Shown one piece after another: positions 27,851 to 35,877 of a DNA stretch of 37,978 nucleotides. The notes below the pieces were generated by a model. It made no database searches. It was not told the DNA's origin and worked only from the letters and a program-made list of their open reading frames with translations. Source of the DNA: Candidatus Aminicenantes bacterium (GTDB lineage Archaea; Nanobdellota; Nanobdellia; Woesearchaeales; JAFCCF01); the NCBI GenBank assembly GCA_017610325.1, contig JAFCCF010000004.1:1-37978 (forward strand), read 5' to 3'. Each line of letters begins with the position of its first letter. Within the stretch, counting starts at the first letter, position 1. A program made the position numbers and the translations under genes.

Positions 27851-29204
27851 AGAAAAGAAAAGTATCATGGCACTTTGCTGTGCTTATTTTGCTGATACTT
27901 GCATATTTTGCTGTATTTTCATATTTCACAGTCCAGAGATACAATGCCTATGTGCCAGCAGCCTATGACCTTGGTGTATGGACACAGACCTTGTGGAATG
28001 CTGCACATGGCAATGGCTTTGTGAATTCAATAGAGTTCCTGCCGCATTTTGGCTTGCATGTTAACCTTATCCTTATTCCATTTGTACCCTTGTACTGGTT
28101 GTTTGGAACTCCAGTGTTTCTGCTCATGTTGCAATCAGCAATGCTTGCAATAGGTGCCCTTCCATTATACCTGCTGGCTGTTATGAAACTCAAGAATAAG
28201 ATTGCTGGCCTGGTGTTTGCAGCTGTTTACCTGCTCTATCCATCACTGCACAATATTAATTTATTTGATTTTCATGCAATTGCACTTGTTATACCTTTTT
28301 TATTGTTCATGTTCTATTTTTTTGAAAAAAAGAATTACAGGGCAATGTTTATGTTTGCTGTTCTTGCACTTAGCTGTAAGGAGGATGTTGCTCTGGTGGT
28401 GCTATTCTTTGGCCTGTATGTTCTGCTCATCAGGAAACTGAGAAAAATAGGTGTTGCTGTCGCTTGCCTAGCTTTGCTGTGGCTAATTATGTCATTTTTT
28501 GTTATTATTCCAAGCTATGGCTCATCTTTTGAGCTGTCCAGCGACAATCGCTATTCTAAGTTTGGCAACACCCTCACAGAGGTAGCAGTTAATGTTATTG
28601 CAAAGCCTGGCTTGACTCTCTCTACTTTATTTTCACCTGGCTTCTCATAGCATTGCCTGTTTTTATGCAGAACATGCTGTCAAACCAGCCTGCAATGTAC
28701 AGCTCTATGTACCACTATGACTGTACTATTATTCCGTTTGTGTTTATTGCTGGTATATTCGGGTTAGGTTATCTGATGTCAAAGCTGTCAGGCAAGAAAC
28801 TGAAGAGCCGTGTGCTCATGATTATCCTTGTTATTGTACTGCTAAAGTCATCTGCTGCTTTCTATTATGGCAGTGGTCTTGGGCCTAGCAAGTACACGCC
28901 AGGCATTTACGCTGTTACTGAGCATAACCAGCTTGCCAATGAGGTGATTAAGGAGATTCCTGAAGATGCGTCTGTGCTCACAACTACTTTTATCATGCCG
29001 CATATAGCAAACAGGAAAGATATATTTGTGTTTCCGCAAAAGGTTGAGGCAGATGTTGTGCTGTTTGACCTGAGCATTACACCATATAAACTTACCCCAA
29101 AAACATATAAGGAAGAACTGTATAAATACAACAAGAGCAGTGATTACGAGCTGGTGCTTGAGAAGGGAGATTTTATCATGTTCAAAAAGAGGTTATTATC
29201 ATAA
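27847..29204 (+). pseudogene. Second DUF2079-like paralog split by an internal deletion/frameshift (ORFs 27847..28650 and 28653..29204)
   Basis: The two halves align to consecutive parts of 26372..27850; ~23 codons are missing between TLFSP and LLIALPVFMQN, with a frame change near 28638. Confidence 0.75.
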
Positions 29205-29260
29205 TTATGTATGGGCTCTGCTGCTAGCTACAATTTTGTAAATTACTGCTCAATCACACT

Positions 29261-29362
29261 TAGGCCCCACAGTTGCCAAGCACACCCAGGAAATTTTTCC
29301 TTCCCCACATCAGGCGAGGGGAGAGGAAAAATTTGTTGCTTAGCGACCAGCTGTGGAGCTAG
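29261..29362. repeat. Long imperfect hairpin element, copy 1 (related copy inverted at ~35465-35541)
   Basis: AAATTTTTCCTTCCCC-ACATCAGGCGA-GGGGAGAGGAAAAATTT core, with outer stem CCACAGTTG/CAGCTGTGG. Confidence 0.7.
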
Positions 29363-29416
29363 TTAAGTAACTGGGCGCTGGCTGTTGTAAGAGGGGAATA
29401 AGGAGAGGTAAATTAG

Positions 29417-29887
29417 ATGAAGGTGATACAATTGCAGGAATTAATGGAGATTGTAAATAATTTCAGAGAAGAGAACAAGAAGATTGTGTTTACAAATGGC
29501 TGCTTTGACATACTACATGAAGGTCATCTATCTTATCTGCAGCAGGCTCGAAGTATGGGTGATGCACTCATAGTTGGCCTTAACTCAGATGCTTCAGTTA
29601 GGCGGTATAAAGGCGAAGGAAGGCCTGTGAACAAGCAGGAGATTCGCGAATCCAACCTTGCTGCGCTTGAATATGTTGATTATGTTATTGTGTTTGAGGA
29701 AGACACCCCTATGAAACTTTTGGAGGCAATTAGACCAAATGTGCTTGTCAAGGGCGGAGATTATTCCCTTGATGGTGTTGTTGGCCGTGACTTTGTTGAG
29801 TCATATGGTGGTGTTGTTAGGGTAACAGATAAGGTTGAAGGGGTATCAACAACAAAGATTATTGAGTCAAGGAAAAGTGGGAAATAA
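29417..29887 (+). CDS. rfaE2: D-glycero-beta-D-manno-heptose 1-phosphate adenylyltransferase (RfaE domain II)
   Basis: [47 protein letters not shown]. Confidence 0.9.
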   Translation: MKVIQLQELMEIVNNFREENKKIVFTNGCFDILHEGHLSYLQQARSMGDALIVGLNSDASVRRYKGEGRPVNKQEIRESNLAALEYVDYVIVFEEDTPMKLLEAIRPNVLVKGGDYSLDGVVGRDFVESYGGVVRVTDKVEGVSTTKIIESRKSGK

Positions 29888-31436
29888 AAAATCAAAGAAC
29901 CTGCATTATCTTATTATTCTTCTCTTTGTTATAGGCGCATTTCTTAGGTTGTATAACCTTGGAACTGTGCCTTTGTGGCAGGATGAGGCTGAGACAGCTC
30001 TGCACTCATTCAATGTGCTTGAAACTGGCCTGCCAGTTGGATTCTATAAGGTTCCTTTTTATGAGAATGCTTATCTTATAAAAAGCTCTGATGAGATGTA
30101 TGCGTTTATGCCAACAAATTATCTTCATACAAATCTTGTCACTATGAAGGGCTGGCTTACATATTATATAGGGGCTTTTTTCATGTTATTTGGTAAAAGC
30201 AACCTTGCATTGAGGCTTCCATTTGCCCTGCTTGGAATTAGCTCTCTGTTTGTTGTTTATTTTTTTGTGAATAAGTTTTTCAATAAGCGGACAGCTGCCA
30301 TTGTGTTGTTCCTGCAGGCAGTAAGCCCCACCTTTTTGTACTACGAAAGGCAGATTAGGTATTATTCACTTGAGATTCTGCTTGTGTTTGCCTCAATCTA
30401 TATTTTTATTAAAGCCTTTGAGCAGCGAAAGCTCTGGATGTTCATTGTTGCAGAAGTGTTGCTTGCCCTACTGTTTCATACCCATATCATTGCCTGCATC
30501 TCAGTAATCATCATCTTATTTATCTATGCATTCCTGTTCCACAGGGGGCTGTTTTCCAACAAGAGTCTCTGGACAGGTGACCTGGTCTTCCTTATTTTGA
30601 CAGTTCCCTGGCTGATTTTTGCAGGTTTTAGTGTAACATCACAACCGCATATCTGGCACATGCCTGGCTGGCTTAGTTCTGGGTTGTATTATCCTATCAG
30701 CAGCGCAACCCTGTACACCTCCATATACATACTTGCTGAGCTTGGTTTTCTAGCTCTGTTGGTGAGTGTTTTCTTTGCAAAGTGGATGAAGAAGCAAAAG
30801 CTGTATTTTGGAAGTCAAAAGGCAAACCTGTTGTTGCTTGCCTCTGTGATTGTTTTCCTGATTATTCCTACACTACTTGTTCCATATTCCTCATTTAATG
30901 AGAGATTGTATCTGCCATTATTTGTTTTCTGGCTCATAATAATTGGTGTATTCTTTGACAAGCTCCTGTCTCTTGTTAAGCATAGGATAGCAAAGCTTGT
31001 GCTTATGCTGGTGTTCTTGTTTCTCACCTTTATGCATGTTAGCAGTGTGTTTGGCAGGCAGGGCATTGACTTTGGCAACCAATTGGATTTGATTACAGAT
31101 GCTGGTGATGACTGGGTAGAACAGGACATTGAGTTTCTCAGGTTGCAGGGTGCATCTGAGGATGCCCTGATTCTGACAACAGATGAGCACTTCACATTCC
31201 TCTGGTACTCAGATTATACTGTTCAGACAATCTGGCCAGTGCGCAAATTATTTATTGATAACTATGATGGCGAGTTATGGCTTATTTTAAGGGGACAGCC
31301 TGATGGTGTGTGCAACCACTTCCACATGTATCTTCAGTCAGGGGATTTCTGTGAAGATAACAAAAACTATCTGAGTAGAATAAAGGATTGTGAAATGTTT
31401 GAGCCTGGTTCTGGCTCTATTATATACAAATGTTAA
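29877..31436 (+). CDS. GT-C fold membrane glycosyltransferase (ArnT/PMT_2-like)
   Basis: [36 protein letters not shown]; GTG 29877 is the likely start. Confidence 0.8.
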   Translation: MGNKKSKNLHYLIILLFVIGAFLRLYNLGTVPLWQDEAETALHSFNVLETGLPVGFYKVPFYENAYLIKSSDEMYAFMPTNYLHTNLVTMKGWLTYYIGAFFMLFGKSNLALRLPFALLGISSLFVVYFFVNKFFNKRTAAIVLFLQAVSPTFLYYERQIRYYSLEILLVFASIYIFIKAFEQRKLWMFIVAEVLLALLFHTHIIACISVIIILFIYAFLFHRGLFSNKSLWTGDLVFLILTVPWLIFAGFSVTSQPHIWHMPGWLSSGLYYPISSATLYTSIYILAELGFLALLVSVFFAKWMKKQKLYFGSQKANLLLLASVIVFLIIPTLLVPYSSFNERLYLPLFVFWLIIIGVFFDKLLSLVKHRIAKLVLMLVFLFLTFMHVSSVFGRQGIDFGNQLDLITDAGDDWVEQDIEFLRLQGASEDALILTTDEHFTFLWYSDYTVQTIWPVRKLFIDNYDGELWLILRGQPDGVCNHFHMYLQSGDFCEDNKNYLSRIKDCEMFEPGSGSIIYKC

Positions 31437-31469
31437 AATTGGCAATGTTTCTATTATAAAATCCCCTTT

Positions 31470-31880
31470 TTACTCAAACCTTAAAAGCCTGATAATCTCA
31501 GAGGTATTAAAAACAATAACCTTTTCTTGTTTTTTGAATGCTTTATCATTAGACCAAATAGCTAAATCAAGTCTAAGTGCCAAAGCAAAGAAATCAATAT
31601 CATTTAGGTCACTTGCAATTTTCGAAGCTTTTTTGAGTTCTGTTCTGTATTCACTCTCAGGCACAAATTCAACAATAGTAATAAGTCTTTTTTTGATTTT
31701 ATTAAACTTATCTTTGTCAATATCTGCCTTAACTCTTATCTGTGAAGCATGTTTTCCTAATTCAGCTAATGCAAATTGAGGTGCAAAAAGCCCAATCTGT
31801 AACTCTTCAAATATGCTGTGCGTTGGTGATTGTTGTTTGAAATAACTAAACATTATATTTGTATCTACAATAAGCATCAT
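31470..31880 (-). CDS. PIN-domain (VapC-like) toxin
   Basis: LIVDTNI, E, DLNDIDFFALAL, IWSNDK. Confidence 0.88.
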   Translation of the reverse strand: MMLIVDTNIMFSYFKQQSPTHSIFEELQIGLFAPQFALAELGKHASQIRVKADIDKDKFNKIKKRLITIVEFVPESEYRTELKKASKIASDLNDIDFFALALRLDLAIWSNDKAFKKQEKVIVFNTSEIIRLLRFE

Positions 31881-31881
31881 C

Positions 31882-32133
31882 TTATATGAGCCCTTCTCTC
31901 TTTAGTTCTGCAAATCTTCCTTTTCTACCTTTCTTCTGTAGTTTCACAGCCCACTTAATAAATTCTTTTTCTCCATCAAGTTTCTTTAACATCTCTTCTC
32001 TCCAAAATAGTTCTCTTGTTTTTTCTTCAATAGCTTTTCTCACAAAACCTGACCAGTTCATCTCATTAAACTTATCCATCTTTGCCTTGATTTCTTCAGA
32101 CACAGATAATGTTATACTTACCATTTGCATCAC
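31882..32133 (-). CDS. Ribbon-helix-helix antitoxin
   Basis: MVSITLSVSEEIKAKMDKFNEMNWSGFVRKAI; immediately upstream of the PIN gene; start may be ATG 32124. Confidence 0.8.
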   Translation of the reverse strand: MMQMVSITLSVSEEIKAKMDKFNEMNWSGFVRKAIEEKTRELFWREEMLKKLDGEKEFIKWAVKLQKKGRKGRFAELKREGLI

Positions 32134-32144
32134 CCTACATAAAA

Positions 32145-32176
32145 AAACGTAAATACGTTTAAATATTTAAATATTT
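32145..32176 (-). promoter_or_regulatory. Palindromic operator and TATA-like box of the antitoxin-PIN operon
   Basis: AAACGTA-AA-TACGTTT next to AAATATTTAAATATTT, just upstream of the antitoxin start. Confidence 0.5.
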
Positions 32177-32202
32177 CGGTTACTTGTTACTACATATATT
32201 AG

Positions 32203-32262
32203 TCTTCTAAAATAGTTATAAAATCCCTGTTTATCGTCTAAAAAACAAAACATTTATATATC
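32203..32262 (+). repeat. ~60-bp direct repeat, copy 1 (copy 2 at 35231-35291)
   Basis: TCTTCT-n4-TAGTTATAAAATCCCTGTTT(A/G)TCGTCTAAAAAAC...TTTATATATC in both copies; 33 of 34 identical in the core. Confidence 0.88.
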
Positions 32263-32286
32263 ATATATGGGTAATATTATTCAATA

Positions 32287-32859
32287 ATGGATAATAAGCA
32301 TGAAATCATTAATTATCTTGGAAAGAATTTAGGTAGGGGGTATACTATGCACGAGCTTAGTATGCTGGTTCATATTCCCTATGCTAGTTTTTATAGGACA
32401 ATACAAAAGATAGAAGATGTTCTAAATATTCAGGTAATTGGTAAATCTAAAGTGTTAAAACTTAATGTAGGAAATCCAATTATAAAATCACATCTTATTG
32501 TGGCATCAGATGAGGAAAAAAAAGAGTTCCTTGCAAAACAACCAATTATTAAAAAAATTGTAAATGATTTTGACACTAAAGATATTGTTGTTCTTTTCGG
32601 AAGCTATGCAAAGGGAAAGCAAACTGAGAAAAGCGATATTGATATTATAATTATAAATAAAGACGGAAAAAAGACTTTATCTTTCTCTAAATATGAATTA
32701 TTATACAAAAAGAAAATAAATCCTGTCTTCCTAACAAAGTCGGAATTTAAGAAAATGCTTAAAGATAAAGAAGAAAATGTTGGAAAACAAGCTTTGAAGA
32801 ACCATATCATACTTAACAATCCTGAAAACTTTTGGGGGTGTGTTTTAAATGGAATTTGA
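32287..32859 (+). CDS. wHTH plus minimal nucleotidyltransferase (MNT) antitoxin
   Basis: N-terminal HTH-like segment; VLFGSYAKGKQTEKSDIDI. Confidence 0.85.
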   Translation: MDNKHEIINYLGKNLGRGYTMHELSMLVHIPYASFYRTIQKIEDVLNIQVIGKSKVLKLNVGNPIIKSHLIVASDEEKKEFLAKQPIIKKIVNDFDTKDIVVLFGSYAKGKQTEKSDIDIIIINKDGKKTLSFSKYELLYKKKINPVFLTKSEFKKMLKDKEENVGKQALKNHIILNNPENFWGCVLNGI

Positions 32860-33208
32860 CAAGAAGACCTATGCAAACTTATTCAGGGATTTCCTTACTG
32901 AAAATAGAATAAAAGAATCACAAGAATCATTTAAGGTTAAGCTGTTCCTTCAAAAAGCAGAAAATAGTTTACTTATAGCAAAACATGTCAAAGATATTGT
33001 ACCTACAAAAGACCAGCCGAAGAAGCTTCATTGGAATTATTGGGCAATCACAGTATCCTACTATTCAATGCTGTATGCTGCTAAAGCTGTAATATTGTCA
33101 AAGGGATATGAGGTTAGAGACCATGATGCGGCTCAAATAGCACTAGGCCATCTTTTGGTTCCTGATGAATTAGAAAAAGAAGATTTAGAAATTCTAATTT
33201 TTTCTTAG
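32849..33208 (+). pseudogene. HEPN-domain protein, apparently C-terminally truncated
   Basis: FLQKAENSL...WAITVSYYSMLYAAKAVI...DHDA; ends at the convergent gene before the usual R-x4-Y/H segment. Confidence 0.6.
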
Positions 33209-33435
33209 AAACATTCCTTATTGAAGCACTCATCACAAAGCCTAGCGTGCCAGTCTTTATTATGCGCTGATATTTTCTTATTGCATTTCCTGCAACTAAA
33301 TCTCATGTCTTCATCATGCTTTTTATGAAATGTTTTCATCTTCTCTTTAATCTCATCCGCGCCTAGGCTCCGAATAAAAGATCCCTCTTCCCAAATGCTA
33401 TCCTCTTCTAATTCTTCTGATTTTTCTTTCTCCAT
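33205..33435 (-). CDS. Small putative zinc-finger protein
   Basis: 76 aa; CRKC...HNKDWH..LCDEC; last gene of the minus-strand trio. Confidence 0.6.
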   Translation of the reverse strand: MEKEKSEELEEDSIWEEGSFIRSLGADEIKEKMKTFHKKHDEDMRFSCRKCNKKISAHNKDWHARLCDECFNKECF

Positions 33436-34175
33436 TTTAGTTTGTCCTTATTCACATCTTTTAAATATGGTTTTGGAATGTGTTTTTCTAAATTTTCTAT
33501 GTCAATCATAAAGTCGCTTGGCCTTTGTTTCCAGTACTCCTTACATTTATTGAATATTAAATCTTTAGCTTCAATAGTAATATTCCTGTCATTTTCAACC
33601 CTGCATAACTGCTCATATACAAAGAATATCCATGTTACGCCCTCTCTTTTTTGTAGATCACACTCATTGATTATTATCTGCCAATCCACTCCTTCTCTTA
33701 CCAGGCGTTCAATATCTGGAAAATCTTTTTGCCTGTCAGAGAGGCTTTTAAGCAGTAATATATCAGTGTTTGATGCAAGATAAACAGAGAGATTATTCTT
33801 TTTCTCATTTAATTCAGCTCGCTTGACCATGCTTTCTGAAAAATCCAGCATTCCCACAATGTTCTTAATAAAAACATCAATTTTTGACGGTCCTCTCTGG
33901 AATACGATTATAGCATTCTTGTAAACTGCTTCTTTGAAAAGCTCCTGGTCTACAACTTTATATCCCCCTTGTAGAAGTGCCTTATTCAAAAGTTTAAAGT
34001 CTTCTTTTGTAAGAACAATAATATCAATATCAAATGTTGCGTCTTTTAAGTTTTTTAGGCACATTGCACCTCCACCAATCAGGAAAATACTGAGTTTATC
34101 TTCAAGTTTCTCGTTAATTTCTTCTAAGAATTTCTTGATGCCTTCTAATTCGAATATTTTCTCTTTTTCTGCCAT
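33408..34175 (-). CDS. Nucleotidyltransferase (DUF6036/AbiEii-like)
   Basis: FLIGGGAM...KDATFDIDI, IDVF, LLKSLSDRQKDFPDI. Confidence 0.78.
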   Translation of the reverse strand: MAEKEKIFELEGIKKFLEEINEKLEDKLSIFLIGGGAMCLKNLKDATFDIDIIVLTKEDFKLLNKALLQGGYKVVDQELFKEAVYKNAIIVFQRGPSKIDVFIKNIVGMLDFSESMVKRAELNEKKNNLSVYLASNTDILLLKSLSDRQKDFPDIERLVREGVDWQIIINECDLQKREGVTWIFFVYEQLCRVENDRNITIEAKDLIFNKCKEYWKQRPSDFMIDIENLEKHIPKPYLKDVNKDKLKWRKKNQKN

Positions 34176-35080
34176 TATGCTTTCACCCCATAATCATTCA
34201 TCATATCTTTAATACCTTGCCTCGTAGTTGTTGGTAGGGTAGCAGTCTTAATCTTTTGTTCTTTTGATTTTATTACCTTAAAAAAATCATTGAATAAATC
34301 TATGCAATCATAGTTATATGCAAGCTTTATTAATTTTTTCCTATTGGGCTTATTTTTATAATAAAAAACCACTGCTAACTCAAGAAGCCTGGTTTCTCTT
34401 CTAATTTGAAATAAGCTGTGGATAAACACTTCTTCTTTGGTAAGTTTTTTTTCTGGAAGATAACAAGCATGTTTTATCACATTCAAAGGAGTGTTAAAAT
34501 TGGAATATGCCGAGAATCCAGTAAGAACGCCCTGTATATCTTCTTTTGTAACCTCAAAGACCATCTTATCTTCAAATTTCCAAAGCACATTATTAAAGTA
34601 CTTGTAGTAATTCCTATATGCACTAAGGAAATCATACAGCAGAGGCCAGCTTTTCTTATTAAATCTAAGCATTTTCTTTTCTTTGGTAAGTATCAATCTG
34701 TTTCGTAAATACTTTGATCTGTTCAGCACTGTTTTTTCTGAAATGTTTAAGGCTTCAGCTATGTTCTCAAGCGGTTTCCATGAATGAAGACAATAGCTAA
34801 ATATCCTGAAATTTAGGCCAAAGAGAAATTCTTCATATTTTGTTCCAGGCTCTAAAATAAGCATTCTTTTGAATAGATAAGAGTGTTGTGTTTTGGCAGA
34901 CCTAACCCTTATTTTCCTATTTTTCTTTTCTATTTCAATGAAATCAAGCTCCTTTAAATGTTCTAATAGTGGGGAAACTCGGTTAACAGAAACATTAAGA
35001 CTTTTAGCAATCGTTTCTCTAGTAAAAGCTCCTTTAAATATGGCTATCAGTGCTTTTACATCTGATTTTGATAGAGTCAT
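34175..35080 (-). CDS. Winged-HTH protein, probable partner of the adjacent nucleotidyltransferase (type IV TA-like)
   Basis: Two HTH-like segments (ETIAKSLNVSVNRVS, ENIAEALNISEKTV), LTGFSAY; TAATG coupling to 34175. Confidence 0.65.
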   Translation of the reverse strand: MTLSKSDVKALIAIFKGAFTRETIAKSLNVSVNRVSPLLEHLKELDFIEIEKKNRKIRVRSAKTQHSYLFKRMLILEPGTKYEEFLFGLNFRIFSYCLHSWKPLENIAEALNISEKTVLNRSKYLRNRLILTKEKKMLRFNKKSWPLLYDFLSAYRNYYKYFNNVLWKFEDKMVFEVTKEDIQGVLTGFSAYSNFNTPLNVIKHACYLPEKKLTKEEVFIHSLFQIRRETRLLELAVVFYYKNKPNRKKLIKLAYNYDCIDLFNDFFKVIKSKEQKIKTATLPTTTRQGIKDMMNDYGVKA

Positions 35081-35230
35081 GTTTATCTCCCTTGTTATTA
35101 TAGGATAACTATTATATAAATCTTTTGATAATTCCCTAAATTATTTACATTATATATAAATAAATCAATAAAATAGGGGAATTACAGCTTTTTTATGGCT
35201 TTAATAAGCTATTCATTGATTATTCATTTC

Positions 35231-35291
35231 TCTTCTGGAGTAGTTATAAAATCCCTGTTTGTCGTCTAAAAAACCGAAAAGTTTATATATC
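35231..35291 (+). repeat. ~60-bp direct repeat, copy 2
   Basis: Matches 32203-32262; ends in a BRE/TATA-like CGAAAAGTTTATATA. Confidence 0.88.
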
Positions 35292-35296
35292 TTTAA

Positions 35297-35314
35297 TAAG
35301 AATTATAATTCTTA
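35297..35314. promoter_or_regulatory. Perfect 18-bp palindrome downstream of a TATA-like box (putative operator)
   Basis: TAAGAATTATAATTCTTA. Confidence 0.5.
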
Positions 35315-35464
35315 ATAAGTTAGTGGTGGTTTTGCTTAAGTTTTTTTAATAAAAATAAGGCTGTGTCAACATGAAATTGTGTGGGTTAGTGGGGTCTACA
35401 GTATTCTCAATACATCTTATAATCTTCTACTTGATATATCGCAAATCAATTTCCAAACCCTGGC

Positions 35465-35541
35465 GCTGGTTGCAGGCAACTGATTTTTTCTTTCCCCTCG
35501 CTAGATGCGGGGAGGAAAAAATCCCCAGTTGGGCAGCGGCA
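35465..35541. repeat. Long hairpin element, copy 2 (inverted relative to 29261-29362)
   Basis: Reverse complement reads GATTTTTTCCTCCCCGCATCTAGCGAGGGGAAAGAAAAAATCAGTTGCCTGCAACCAGC, aligning to 29290-29351. Confidence 0.7.
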
Positions 35542-35576
35542 AAGCATAGTGCAGTGAATTATGAGTTGGTGGTCTT

Positions 35577-35840
35577 ATGAAAAAGGTATTTCCAGTCAGC
35601 TTAGATGAGGAAATGATTGAGTGGATAAAGGAAGAGGTCGATAAAGGCCATTTCAGGAACCGTTCTCATGTTGTTGAATTTATCTTAGCAAAACACCGCG
35701 ATGAGCTTCTTAAGAAATATGACACAGCTAGACTAAGGAAGCTTGAGCAAACGATGAAGGAGGTGAAGGATGAAGAAGGCATGTCCAGCTTCAGGAACAG
35801 GGTTGAAGGCGGAACTTTAAGAAAATATATAAAAAAATAA
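35577..35840 (+). CDS. Ribbon-helix-helix (CopG/Arc/MetJ-like) DNA-binding protein
   Basis: MKKVFPVSLDEEMIEWIKEEVDKGHFRNRSHVVE. Confidence 0.8.
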   Translation: MKKVFPVSLDEEMIEWIKEEVDKGHFRNRSHVVEFILAKHRDELLKKYDTARLRKLEQTMKEVKDEEGMSSFRNRVEGGTLRKYIKK

Positions 35841-35877
35841 CTTTAAAAAAAATATTTCAAAAAAAAGAGGCATTTAG

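Noticed and set aside
29205-29416. tRNA, SRP RNA or other known ncRNA
   Set aside because: No cloverleaf, T-loop or SRP motif recognised; better explained as a dispersed hairpin repeat, though an Rfam scan was not possible
35371-35580. 69-aa ORF as a real gene
   Set aside because: It spans the non-coding hairpin element and has no recognisable motif
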